Shown here: piece after piece, positions 18,542 to 28,377 of the stretch
Numbering within the stretch: the first letter of the stretch is position 1
How the letters are laid out: every line of letters begins with the position of its first letter
NCBI GenBank assembly: GCA_002791295.1
Contig: PFWU01000049.1
Location: 47,350 to 111,349, forward strand
Direction of reading: 5' to 3'
DNA length: 64,000 nucleotides
From: Candidatus Uhrbacteria bacterium CG_4_9_14_3_um_filter_50_9
Lineage (GTDB): Bacteria > Patescibacteriota > Patescibacteriia > UBA9934 > GWF2-40-263
Notes under the pieces: generated by a model
The model's database searches: none
The model's input: only the letters and a program-made list of their open reading frames with translations
What the model was told of the DNA's origin: nothing
Position numbers and translations under genes: made by a program

Positions 18542-19192
18542 TCAAGCGTTTTTGTTGATACTTGTTTTGATTCGGATCAGTCCGTAAACAATTAGGAGAC
18601 TTCCAACGAGGGTGTTTAGTGTTTGAATGACGGGTACTGGCACGGATTCTTTTAGGAGTGAAAAAAGTATCACTGCTGTTCCCATGAAAAGAAATGTTGC
18701 CAGACCTACAGAGAGTCCAAAAATGAGCAGTTGGTGTTTTGTATAATGGTACTCTACGGCTTTTGCAGAAAAGAGGCCGGTGAAGAAGAGGATTGTCATT
18801 GGATTTGTGATGGTGAGCACGAAGACAGAGAGAAAGCTCGAGAATAGGGTTGGTGTCTCTGACAGGGTGGATGTGGGGGCGGAGATCGTGCTTGCTCCGT
18901 AGATAAAAAGGACGCCAAATGCAATGAGGATGACGGAGCTTATGATGCCGAATGATTTACGAACATGTTTCTTTTCTAAAAGTTTTCCAACACCTAAAAT
19001 CGCAAGAGTAATATAGAGATAGTCGACGGCTGTGACCGCAAATACTCCAACCACGCCATCAAGAAATGATTTTTGTAGGGTTAGATTCGCGATAAATAGA
19101 AAGACAGGACCGATCGCCAGCTGAAGGGTGAGTCCCGTAACTAAACCCGTCACAAATATTTTAACTGGAGAAGTACGCACACTCTTAAGCAA
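18542..19192 (-). CDS. LysE family translocator
   Basis: LAIGPVFLFI, TITNPMTILFF, six TM helices; start uncertain. Confidence 0.85.
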   Translation of the reverse strand: MLKSVRTSPVKIFVTGLVTGLTLQLAIGPVFLFIANLTLQKSFLDGVVGVFAVTAVDYLYITLAILGVGKLLEKKHVRKSFGIISSVILIAFGVLFIYGASTISAPTSTLSETPTLFSSFLSVFVLTITNPMTILFFTGLFSAKAVEYHYTKHQLLIFGLSVGLATFLFMGTAVILFSLLKESVPVPVIQTLNTLVGSLLIVYGLIRIKTSINKNA

Positions 19193-19198
19193 GGGTCT

Positions 19199-20509
19199 TT
19201 ATAGCTCTTTAATGTTACTCACTCGTTTAACTTCGATCTTTTCTGTTTTTATATCTGCTTTCGTTGGGATGGCGGCGCACTCAATGCCGAGTCGGCTGGC
19301 TTCAGTGAGTCGTTTCTGGGTGAGGGGAGCGCTGCGGACTTCGCCACCGAGACCGACTTCGCCGATGTAGACGGTGGGGGTGGTGTTGGCTTGGTTTGTG
19401 AAGGCGCTTTTGATTGCCGCGCAGATGGCTAGGTCCACGGCGGGTTCTTTGAGCTTCATTCCGCCGATCACGTTCACGTAGACATCTTTATCGCCGAGTT
19501 TCAGGCCGGCGCGTTTACTCAAAATGGCGACGAGCATCTGGAGCCGGTTTTGATCAAACCCAGACGCACGACGCACGGGGGTGCCGTAAAAGCTGTTTTC
19601 AACCAGCGCCTGAACTTCTACCAGAAAGACGCGTGACCCTTCGATCGTTGCGGCGATCACGGAGCCAGGCGTATTCGCGCGTTCTTCTAGGAACCTGGCA
19701 GATGGATTCTCAACAGCGATCAGGCCTTTCTCGGTCATCTCAAACACGCCGATTTCGTCCGTGGCTCCGAAACGATTTTTGTTTGCGCGAAGCATACGGT
19801 AGGCGTGGACCGGGTCACCCTCGATTTCGATTACGACGTCGACGAGGTGTTCGAGCGTCTTCGGTCCTGCGATGGATCCGTCTTTGGTGACTTGTCCAAC
19901 AAGAAGAATAGAAACGCCTGTACGTTTAGCTGTTTCAAGAAGAAGGGCTGTGGCGTAACGCACGAGGGCAGGGGAGCCGGTGGTACTGTCGAGTTCGTCA
20001 GACGTGAGGGTCTGCACAGAATCGATGATGACGAGCGCAGGTTTTTCTTTTTCAATGGTTTGGGCGAGTAACTCTACGGGGAGTGGATCGAGGATACGCA
20101 CATGGTCCGTAGGTTTTTCGATGCGGTGAAAACGTGCGGCGAGCTGGCCTGGGGATTCTTCACCTGAGATGTAGAGCACCGTGTCCCGTATCGAACCGGC
20201 GATCGCAGCGACGATCGTTGACTTTCCAATACCTGGCTCGCCTGAGATGAGGACCAGCGATCCTTTTACGATTCCACCCCCGAGCACACGGTTGATTTCC
20301 GGGTCGCCAGTTGGAAGACGTTCGTGTTCATTTTGTTTTGCGACATCCTTGAGCGGTTGGCTCGCTGTTGTTTTTACAGGAGTCGAAGAAGACGAGCGTT
20401 TTTTGCTCGTCCCTCCTTGTTCTTCTGTGAGGGTTCCCCACTTGGCACATTCCGTGCATCGCCCAGCCCACTTGGGGAATTGCGAGTCACAATTGCTACA
20501 GATAAACAT
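19199..20509 (-). CDS. radA: DNA repair protein RadA/Sms
   Basis: CxxC...CxxC zinc finger, GEPGIGKST, KNRFG, Lon-like C-terminus; ATG at 20509. Confidence 0.97.
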   Translation of the reverse strand: MFICSNCDSQFPKWAGRCTECAKWGTLTEEQGGTSKKRSSSSTPVKTTASQPLKDVAKQNEHERLPTGDPEINRVLGGGIVKGSLVLISGEPGIGKSTIVAAIAGSIRDTVLYISGEESPGQLAARFHRIEKPTDHVRILDPLPVELLAQTIEKEKPALVIIDSVQTLTSDELDSTTGSPALVRYATALLLETAKRTGVSILLVGQVTKDGSIAGPKTLEHLVDVVIEIEGDPVHAYRMLRANKNRFGATDEIGVFEMTEKGLIAVENPSARFLEERANTPGSVIAATIEGSRVFLVEVQALVENSFYGTPVRRASGFDQNRLQMLVAILSKRAGLKLGDKDVYVNVIGGMKLKEPAVDLAICAAIKSAFTNQANTTPTVYIGEVGLGGEVRSAPLTQKRLTEASRLGIECAAIPTKADIKTEKIEVKRVSNIKEL

Positions 20510-20510
20510 A

Positions 20511-21728
20511 CTAGTTACAGGTTGATGACATTTTTGGTTTTTCAAAGTGCCAAGGCTCAGACCGAAGGTTGCAGAAACCCTCAGCACGCATCGCATCAAT
20601 GAGTGTTCCCTGACAATCATCTTCTCTACAAGCATCTCGATCAGCAAGACATTCGTCTTGAGAAAGACATTGTGCTCCACCCTTGGTTCCCCAGATATCG
20701 AGTGCACGGCCTGTTGTATGCGGACAATTGGCTGGATCGTTGTTGCGCAGAATACAGGTGGTTGGTCTCCCTGGTTTTGGATTGCAGGTGGCTGACCCTG
20801 CTGGATTTTGACAGTTTTTTGCAATGAGTGCTTTTTGTTTTTCCACACTTCGATAACTTGAGGAAATGGCAATACCATATCCCTTATCAGCCATGGTCGC
20901 AGCAGCCGCTTCAATATCTGTGACAAGTTCATCTGGAATGCTCGAAACACCTCCGCCGGTAATATTTGAACCACTGGCTGTGCTCAGGCTTGTGGCCACA
21001 GTTCCTGTGACAGAATCATCCTCACTTTCTTCTCCATCAATCGCTTCAAACTTAATGTTTGTAAGAGTTGGGGTTTCAAGTGAGACGAGCTGTGGGTTTA
21101 CAAGATACAAAATTGAGTAGGTGCTTAACAAAAGGACTAATCCTATGACCGCATTTTTGATGCGTTCTTTCGCCTTTCCCACATCCCCATGACCACCTGC
21201 AAAGGCATACTGAAGGCCACCAATCATGATCATGATAATGGCAATAAGAATTGAGATGCCAATCAGATAGACATAGATTGCAGAAACATAGAGTTCAAAA
21301 AAGTTGAAATCAAGGACACTGTCACCACCCGCTGTGACACTTTTTGTGACGGAAAAATTACCCACGTTTAATCCAGGAATATCAACATTCAAGGTTGGGG
21401 TAATCGTCTTGGCTGTATTTGAAGTCGTAGACGTTGAGGTGGCGGTTGGGTCGGTATTTGACAGACCTGCGCCAGAGCAGGTGGTCGTGCACTCAATAGA
21501 GGCCGAGGTGGTTGTGCAGGTACAGAATCCATCATCTCCAACGCTCTGAAGTGTCTCTCCAAACGAGGCACAGGCGGCGGTGCACTCGTCCTCGGAATTT
21601 TCTGAGGAACCGACACCATTTTCATCGTAGCAGGAGCAGTCAGCAAGGACGGGGGTTGCGGAAAAAAGGAGTCCTGCCAAAACAACAGAAAAAAGGAGTG
21701 TACCGATAGTGAACTGTTGTCGTTTCAT
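20511..21728 (-). CDS. Cys-rich domain, VirB2/TrbC-like pilin and M15B (D-Ala-D-Ala carboxypeptidase-like) peptidase fusion
   Basis: Signal peptide, 8-Cys domain, pilin segment IMIGGLQY...AKERIKNAVIG...VNP, SSYRSVEKQ, HTTGRALD, EPWHF. Confidence 0.8.
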   Translation of the reverse strand: MKRQQFTIGTLLFSVVLAGLLFSATPVLADCSCYDENGVGSSENSEDECTAACASFGETLQSVGDDGFCTCTTTSASIECTTTCSGAGLSNTDPTATSTSTTSNTAKTITPTLNVDIPGLNVGNFSVTKSVTAGGDSVLDFNFFELYVSAIYVYLIGISILIAIIMIMIGGLQYAFAGGHGDVGKAKERIKNAVIGLVLLLSTYSILYLVNPQLVSLETPTLTNIKFEAIDGEESEDDSVTGTVATSLSTASGSNITGGGVSSIPDELVTDIEAAAATMADKGYGIAISSSYRSVEKQKALIAKNCQNPAGSATCNPKPGRPTTCILRNNDPANCPHTTGRALDIWGTKGGAQCLSQDECLADRDACREDDCQGTLIDAMRAEGFCNLRSEPWHFEKPKMSSTCN

Positions 21729-21729
21729 A

Positions 21730-23025
21730 TTAGTAGTCTAAACATGTCAGTAAATCTCCTCCACGCTCCCAAGTCATATGTACGTGTGGACCTGAGGTGT
21801 TTCCTGCTTGTTGATAATCTTGGCAGCTGCAAGATTGTGCAGCGTAAGGGTCTGTACAGGCTGTTCCACCTACATTACACCAACCGTATTTTGCAGAGTA
21901 CCAATTAGCCGGTGGGTTCTGGTCGTCACAACAGTTCCCCCCAATGTGACCAATGGTGGCTCCCTGTTCTACCGTGACGCCATCTAATACCTTTCCGCTG
22001 TCATTAATAAAGTCCTTCATGTGACAGATAACCAAGCTTGCTCCAGCTGCGTCTCCTGTCCCTGTGATGGTCACACGGTTTCCGCAACGGTTCTTATCAT
22101 CCGTTTGTTTTTCATACGTGAGTGTTCCACTGATTGGTGCTTTAATTTCAAGTCCCCATCCAGCGGCAAAGTCCAAGTTGTTGATTTTTTTGTAATCTCC
22201 GTTTGCCCCATCATCAAACCAGTGGTGGTTTCCACAGTTAGGCTGCCCACCGGTGGGGGAGATCACGGTTTGTGAGATGTCGCAGGTTCCGTCATCCTTA
22301 GCTGTTGCGACGATTGCGTCGCATGTGGAGCGACTTATGTTTGAGGGGACTCCTTCATCTCCAGATGCAGCTAAGTCTAATTTGATCTCGTTTACCTCAA
22401 GTAATTTGAGCGCATCAAAGAAGACAAGGTTTGGGTTTACGAGAAAGAGAATCATGAACACGCTTAGTAAGAGAGAGAATCCAATGATGGCGTTGTTGAT
22501 GCGCTTCTTGGCCTTTGCCGTATCTCCACCACCTGCAGCAAAGGTGTACTGGAGGCCACCAATCATGACCATAATAATCGCAAGAAAGGCACCTATTCCG
22601 ACTAAGTATTGGTAGACACTGGAGACGTAGTCACCCAACCAGCTAATCTCAAGGTTGCCTTTTTTTGAAATAACGTCTGTAAACGAAAAACCAGGAATAT
22701 CAACGTTGAGGTTTGGTTCAACGTAGTCTTTCGTGTCCGTGACGGTGGGTGGTTCATGGGAGTAGCCTGCTGCAGCACAAGTGGTTTCGCAGGTAATGGT
22801 TGCAGATGTATTACTTTCTGGACAATCACAGACACCATCTTCCTCTGTCGCTCCTCCTTCACCACAGGCGGTCACACATTCCGCTGTTCCATCCAGAGAT
22901 GAGCTTAAGCCACCATCTTCGTAACAGGTGCAAGCGAAGGCAGTATTCGCACTCCCGAGCAACATGAAACCAACCATCAAGAATGTTGCGAGGATGTGTT
23001 TAAGAAAAAAAGACATGATCCACAT
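21730..23025 (-). CDS. Cys-rich domain, VirB2/TrbC-like pilin and M23-like peptidase fusion
   Basis: Paralogous N-terminal half; LDFAA...IKAPISG, GNRV, CHMK, VEQGATIG, TSGPHVH. Confidence 0.75.
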   Translation of the reverse strand: MWIMSFFLKHILATFLMVGFMLLGSANTAFACTCYEDGGLSSSLDGTAECVTACGEGGATEEDGVCDCPESNTSATITCETTCAAAGYSHEPPTVTDTKDYVEPNLNVDIPGFSFTDVISKKGNLEISWLGDYVSSVYQYLVGIGAFLAIIMVMIGGLQYTFAAGGGDTAKAKKRINNAIIGFSLLLSVFMILFLVNPNLVFFDALKLLEVNEIKLDLAASGDEGVPSNISRSTCDAIVATAKDDGTCDISQTVISPTGGQPNCGNHHWFDDGANGDYKKINNLDFAAGWGLEIKAPISGTLTYEKQTDDKNRCGNRVTITGTGDAAGASLVICHMKDFINDSGKVLDGVTVEQGATIGHIGGNCCDDQNPPANWYSAKYGWCNVGGTACTDPYAAQSCSCQDYQQAGNTSGPHVHMTWERGGDLLTCLDY

Positions 23026-23678
23026 TAAGGAGTGTTTGCAAGCAGATCCTCGATCATCTCGATGAGTTGCTCAGAGCTCACGGCACCTACGAGGATTTCA
23101 TCTCCGATAAAGAGGGTGGGGGTGGAAGTGAGTCCAAGGCCAAGAGCTTCTTCGTAGTCTTTTTTTACGATTGGAAGGGTCTCTCGGTCGTCGTAGCAGG
23201 ATTGGAATTTTTCCACATCGAGCCCAAGCGTTGTTGCGATTTGTAAAAACTGACTTTCAGAAAGATAACTCTGTCGCACAAAGAGTTCATCATGGTACCC
23301 CCAAAATGTTCCTTGTCGATCGGCACAGTGTGCGGCAATGGCTGCGGGGGTTGATAATTCGTGTAGCGATTCATTTGGAAGATCTTTCCACACCACTTGT
23401 ACGTCGTCTGGATAGCTGCTGAGAATGGTTTGAAGCGTGCTGCTAAGGGTCTTGCAGGGACCGCACTCAAAATCACCATACTCAATGATGGTCACCGTTG
23501 GTTCTTCAGCCCCCTTTGCTGGATTCACAAACGTGACGGTGGGTTCGCTCACCTCTTGGATGTCATCTGTGTACGCATCGTAGTTTATTTCAACAGGTCG
23601 CACGCGCAGCCAAAAGAAGATAAATACAAGTGCTGAGAGCATGCCGAAGGTGAACAATGTTAAATAACGGTGTTGCAT
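23025..23678 (-). CDS. dsbA: DsbA family thiol-disulfide oxidoreductase
   Basis: EYGDFECGPC, cis-Pro motif TSTPTLFI, N-terminal TM. Confidence 0.9.
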   Translation of the reverse strand: MQHRYLTLFTFGMLSALVFIFFWLRVRPVEINYDAYTDDIQEVSEPTVTFVNPAKGAEEPTVTIIEYGDFECGPCKTLSSTLQTILSSYPDDVQVVWKDLPNESLHELSTPAAIAAHCADRQGTFWGYHDELFVRQSYLSESQFLQIATTLGLDVEKFQSCYDDRETLPIVKKDYEEALGLGLTSTPTLFIGDEILVGAVSSEQLIEMIEDLLANTP

Positions 23679-23679
23679 A

Positions 23680-24894
23680 TTATCGCAGGTACATCAGTTG
23701 AAGTTGACCGTTATCGTTTGTGAAATAAAGTTTGGTGCCGTCGTCGCTGACCCAGAGACCACTGATCACTGTGTCATCCTCAGGAATTGCGAGAAGACTT
23801 GCGCGACCGGTCTTCACATCAATGTAGTAAATGACATCCGGTCCAACATCAGAGAGGGATCGTTGTAAGCCAGCACTTGATTTAAGGGCTGTGGGGACGG
23901 CGCAGTAGACTTCAGAGCTTGAGTGCCATGTACATTTGTCTGCCCACGTGTTGAGTCCGAGGCTATGACGATCATTTCCCATGGTGTTTGACGTTGCCTC
24001 TACCAACCAGATGAGAGGCTTGAAATCACTATATTCACCCGCAACGGAATAAAGAAGTTGTTTTCCGTTTGGAGACCAGAGGGAAATAAAATCAAGTCCC
24101 TCAACCGTGAGGCCTTTGAAGTTTTCTTCGTTTTTTCCAACAGGAATTATGAAGCGTCGATCAAAGCCACCTTCGCGTGATTCAACGGTGTCTGCGAACG
24201 CGACCACCTGGTCATTTGGGGACCAGTTGACGTCCACCTTGCTTTCGTTTTGACCAAGAGCGGCGATGCTTTCTGTTTGTGAACCATCATCACTTGCAAT
24301 GACGAGCCATCGGTTATTCGGATCAAGTCCAATGCTTTTGGCAATGATTTCGTCTGTGACGGGCGAGAAGTCAAAGTCTTCCCAATGGTCAGGGAGGGTG
24401 ACCTGATCTTCTGTTTCAAAATCGTAGATAATGTTCGATCCGTCTGGAAATTCAAGTAAGGCTTTTTCTGAGTCCTTGTTCCATACGACTGTTTCTACTT
24501 CTGGGAATTGGGTTGAGCTCATGGCAACGACTTCACCGTCTTCGTTGATGGTATAGAAGCGTCCATCTGTTGGATCGTAGTAGTTGACATCGTTTCCGTT
24601 GATGACCGTGTCCGTCACTTCTGAAGTGGTGAGAGTTGTGGTGGCTGTCACGCCTCCACGCGCAACGGTGTCTGCCTCGGTAAGACCAACACCTTCGCCT
24701 GTTGTGTCATCGTCTCCCCTCACACCACCTTCTCCAGAAGACGGAAGCACTCCCGTGAGTTCTTCTTCCGTATCTTCAACGGTTGCTTCAGGAGGGGCAC
24801 TGCGGAAAAAAAGAGCATAGAGGATGAAGGCAAAGGCAAAGACGGAGAGAACGAATCCGATGATGAGAAGAATGCGTTTAAGTCGTTGGCTCAT
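23680..24894 (-). CDS. Membrane-anchored beta-propeller (TolB-like) protein
   Basis: N-terminal TM, repeated WSP/FSP blades, WADKCTW...YCAVP motif. Confidence 0.7.
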   Translation of the reverse strand: MSQRLKRILLIIGFVLSVFAFAFILYALFFRSAPPEATVEDTEEELTGVLPSSGEGGVRGDDDTTGEGVGLTEADTVARGGVTATTTLTTSEVTDTVINGNDVNYYDPTDGRFYTINEDGEVVAMSSTQFPEVETVVWNKDSEKALLEFPDGSNIIYDFETEDQVTLPDHWEDFDFSPVTDEIIAKSIGLDPNNRWLVIASDDGSQTESIAALGQNESKVDVNWSPNDQVVAFADTVESREGGFDRRFIIPVGKNEENFKGLTVEGLDFISLWSPNGKQLLYSVAGEYSDFKPLIWLVEATSNTMGNDRHSLGLNTWADKCTWHSSSEVYCAVPTALKSSAGLQRSLSDVGPDVIYYIDVKTGRASLLAIPEDDTVISGLWVSDDGTKLYFTNDNGQLQLMYLR

Positions 24895-24903
24895 AGAAAA
24901 AGG

Positions 24904-25887
24904 TTAGAAGCTCCCAATCATTATAGCAGCAACACAGGAACTTCCTGGAGTTGAAATAACAGAGAGGGCAAAATTGAGGGGATTTTGCATGAAGGCGGCG
25001 TAATCGTACATCAGACAAAATCCAAGAAAGAAGAGACAGAAGCCTAGGATGACGATCGCAATATCTGCGGCGATGACCAGCCCATCGAGGATGACCGCGT
25101 TTGGATCGACTGGCATTGGGATCGGATCCCAGGAGAGAGGAGAGATAAATGGATCTTTTCCTTTTCGGAATTTTTTTCCATAAAAAAGTTCAAGGTTGAG
25201 CCATCCAAACGTAAACGTGTAGATCAGGATGTCTACAATCATTGAGACACCAACGGTTCCGATATCAAATGAAGCTGCAATGAGGTCAATAACCCAAATG
25301 ACTCCGCGTTTGAATGCCGCTTTTGCTCGTTTTTTTATTGCACTTCTGAGTCGTGCCATTTGTTCATCTTTGAGCTTCTCCAGTTCATCTTTTGCAGATT
25401 GGTTCTTCGTTCGCGCCATCTGTAACTTGAGGTTGGAAAGTTGGGCTCTGAGTTGGTCGACCGGGGTTGGGTCGACTTCCTGTGTGCCTCTTGGTCGATT
25501 GGATTCTGGCGTTTCATCTTGTCGGCGACGCTCTGCGGCCTGCGCTTCTGGGGTTTGAAGGTCTGGACGTGGACCAAAGGCTGGAGCCTGAGGATCCAAC
25601 CCTCGGCGGGATCCGAAGGAGTTGCTGACGCTGTTCGCAAGTTGAGTCGCTTTGTTTTTGCTTCGGCGTGCATCCGTCGTTGAACGATTTCTTGATCCGG
25701 CCGCACGATCACGTTGGTTTAAAAGAAGTTCTCTTGATGATCCACCCGGAGTTGTCCCACGCATTTCACGATTTCGTTGTGCTGCTCTTGGTGATGAGGT
25801 TTTTGCTCTGCGTGAAGCAACGCGAGCTCGTGTGAGTTGCTCGCGTTTGCTTGGGATTGCTGCTGCGGTACCTCCTGCCGGTGCCAT
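24904..25887 (-). CDS. Hypothetical membrane protein
   Basis: Arg-rich disordered N-terminus, coiled coil, C-terminal TM helices. Confidence 0.7.
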   Translation of the reverse strand: MAPAGGTAAAIPSKREQLTRARVASRRAKTSSPRAAQRNREMRGTTPGGSSRELLLNQRDRAAGSRNRSTTDARRSKNKATQLANSVSNSFGSRRGLDPQAPAFGPRPDLQTPEAQAAERRRQDETPESNRPRGTQEVDPTPVDQLRAQLSNLKLQMARTKNQSAKDELEKLKDEQMARLRSAIKKRAKAAFKRGVIWVIDLIAASFDIGTVGVSMIVDILIYTFTFGWLNLELFYGKKFRKGKDPFISPLSWDPIPMPVDPNAVILDGLVIAADIAIVILGFCLFFLGFCLMYDYAAFMQNPLNFALSVISTPGSSCVAAIMIGSF

Positions 25888-25890
25888 AGA

Positions 25891-28377
25891 TTAGGTCTTG
25901 GCCTTGGTTACGGTGATCACGTTTCCTTTGAGTCGAATATTCAGTGACTGTGGGCTATCGTTCTTTGTGAGTCGTTCTGCAATCTTGTGTTCAATATGCT
26001 GCTGGATATGCTGACGGATATTGCGTGCGCCGTACTGTGTGTCCGCCATACCTGAAAGGTGGGGGACAAGGGCCTTGTGAATGTTGATGTGAAGCCCCTG
26101 TTCTTTCAGTCGATGGATGAGTTCATCAAGTTGTTTTTGGGTGATTTGGTGCAGGACATCTTTTGAAAGTGGCTGGAACACGCAGGTGTGGTCGATGCGG
26201 TTCACAAGCTCAGGGCGGAAGCGTTCCTCAAGTTCCTTGCGGAGATCTTGGTTGAGGACAATGGTTCGATCCTCTTCCGTACCCATGAATCCAATTCCAT
26301 CCTTGGTAAAGCGCTCAAGACCTACATTAGACGTCATGACCACAATCGTGTTGCGGAAGTTCACCTTGCGCCCCGTAGCGTCTGTCAGCTCACCTTCCTC
26401 AAGAATTTGAAGGAGTAAGTTTTGAACATCACGATGAGCTTTTTCAATCTCATCGAAAAGGACGACCGAGTACGGACGCTGCTTCACCCGATCGGTCAGG
26501 TTCGCAGATTCTCGGTACCCCACGTATCCAGCTGGAGCGCCGATGAGTTTTGACATGGTAAATCCTTCTGAATATTCAGACATGTCGAGTCGGATGAGGT
26601 TTTTGCGGTTATGAAAGAGATTGTCTGAGATCGATTTTGCAAGTTCTGTTTTTCCCACACCAGAGGGACCCAAAAAGAGGAATGACGCCAATGGGCGATG
26701 TGGGTGGGCAACACCCGTCTTGGCACGTTTAATCGCACCCGTCACGATATGTAGCACGGCCTCTTGTCCAAGCACACGTTCAGAGAGAAAGCCCAGAAGG
26801 TTACTGAGTTTATTTGCGTTTTCAAGCAAAATATCTTCAACAGGAATTCCTGTGATTCTTGAAACCACTCCAGCGACTTGGTCTGCTTGGATGATGGGGA
26901 CGCATTCTTGTTCCGCTGGGAGGTCGCCCTTGGCCATGGCGGCATGGGTTCGTGCTTCTTGCTCTTTGAGACGGATGGCATCGATGAATCGTTCTTCGAC
27001 CACGGCTTGGCGCTTTGAGTTTCGGATCGATGAAAGTTCTTGTTCAAGATGACGTTGTTTGTACTGCGGTGTTGGGTCCGTGCTTTTTACGCGAACAGAT
27101 GCGGCTGCTTCGTCAATGAGGTCGATTGCTTTGTCGGGGAGTTGCTTGTCTTGAATGTATCGGTCTGACATGTGGACTGCTTGTTCGAGGGCTTCTGGGC
27201 TGATACGGACACGGTGGAAGGTTTCGTAGTAGGGGGCAATACCCTGAAGGATTTCTAACGCCTTTTCTTTTGAAGGTTCTTCTACGTACACACTTTGGAA
27301 GCGTCGTTCTAACGCACTGTCAGATTCGATATTCTTTTTAAACTCTGTTGGGGTGGTGGCACCAATGCAGCGTATCTCACCGCGCGCAAGCGCAGGCTTT
27401 AAAATATTTGCGGCATCCATAGAACCAGAGGCAGCCCCTGCGCCAACAATGGTGTGGATTTCATCGATGAACAAGAGGATGTCGTCATTGCTCTTCACTT
27501 CGTCAACAATTTGCTTCAGGCGCCCCTCAAACTCCCCGCGGTACATGGTTCCAGCAATGAGCATGGCCATGTCCACAGCGAAGATGCGCTTGTGCGCAAG
27601 CGCAGGTGGGACCGTTCCCTCCACGATCATCTTGGCGAGACCCTCCACAATGGCGGTTTTTCCAACGCCCGGTTCCCCAAGGAGCAGGGGATTGTTTTTT
27701 GTACGTCGACAGAGAATTTCCATGACCCGTTCGATTTCGGCTTCGCGTCCAATCACCGGATCAATTTCTTTTTGTGCCTCAAGGGTTGTCAGTTCTCGGC
27801 CAAAGTACTCAAGCGCTTGCAGTGTTTTTTCCTCCTGGATCTCTGTGGCCTGTCTGTCTGTTTCTTGCATCATGAGTCCTTTGCCGTCCTGAGTCATCGT
27901 GCTTGCAAGGTCAGGAAATTTCGACGTACTTTTTAGCACAATGGAAAGCTGTGAGCGGATTTCTTTGAGGTCTGTTTTCGTTTGTTCAAAAAACGTCGTG
28001 AGGACAGGTGTGTTCGTTTGCAGCATGCCTGAGAGCAAGTGCTCAGTTCCCACATAGCGATGGCCGTAGATATTCGCTGTGAGAACAGCTTTCTCCACAA
28101 TGCGTTTCGCATCATCTGAAAGGTGAAGGGTCAGATCGGAAGGTGTGTTGTTCGCACTGACCTGAGCTTTTGCTCCGATGAGTTTTCTTAAGGCCGTTGC
28201 CTTCACTCCTGTTTTTTTCAAGATTTCTGCCGCAATGCAGCCTTTCTGTGTCCCAAGCGCCCAGAGGAGATGCTCAGGTTGAATCGTCTGTTCATTTGTC
28301 TCAACAACGAAACAGAGCGCCCGTGTGAGGACGTCCTTTAAGTGGCTGGAAAATTTGTCGACGATGTCATAGCTCAT
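25891..28377 (-). CDS. clpC: ATP-dependent Clp protease ATP-binding subunit ClpC
   Basis: Clp-N repeats, GEPGVGKT, GPSGVGKT, UVR-like middle domain; start overlaps the htpX stop. Confidence 0.93.
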   Translation of the reverse strand: MSYDIVDKFSSHLKDVLTRALCFVVETNEQTIQPEHLLWALGTQKGCIAAEILKKTGVKATALRKLIGAKAQVSANNTPSDLTLHLSDDAKRIVEKAVLTANIYGHRYVGTEHLLSGMLQTNTPVLTTFFEQTKTDLKEIRSQLSIVLKSTSKFPDLASTMTQDGKGLMMQETDRQATEIQEEKTLQALEYFGRELTTLEAQKEIDPVIGREAEIERVMEILCRRTKNNPLLLGEPGVGKTAIVEGLAKMIVEGTVPPALAHKRIFAVDMAMLIAGTMYRGEFEGRLKQIVDEVKSNDDILLFIDEIHTIVGAGAASGSMDAANILKPALARGEIRCIGATTPTEFKKNIESDSALERRFQSVYVEEPSKEKALEILQGIAPYYETFHRVRISPEALEQAVHMSDRYIQDKQLPDKAIDLIDEAAASVRVKSTDPTPQYKQRHLEQELSSIRNSKRQAVVEERFIDAIRLKEQEARTHAAMAKGDLPAEQECVPIIQADQVAGVVSRITGIPVEDILLENANKLSNLLGFLSERVLGQEAVLHIVTGAIKRAKTGVAHPHRPLASFLFLGPSGVGKTELAKSISDNLFHNRKNLIRLDMSEYSEGFTMSKLIGAPAGYVGYRESANLTDRVKQRPYSVVLFDEIEKAHRDVQNLLLQILEEGELTDATGRKVNFRNTIVVMTSNVGLERFTKDGIGFMGTEEDRTIVLNQDLRKELEERFRPELVNRIDHTCVFQPLSKDVLHQITQKQLDELIHRLKEQGLHINIHKALVPHLSGMADTQYGARNIRQHIQQHIEHKIAERLTKNDSPQSLNIRLKGNVITVTKAKT

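Noticed and set aside
20510-20974. Apparent 154-aa N-terminal extension of RadA
   Set aside because: It is an alternative-frame overlap with the upstream peptidase gene; RadA starts at the zinc finger (ATG 20509).
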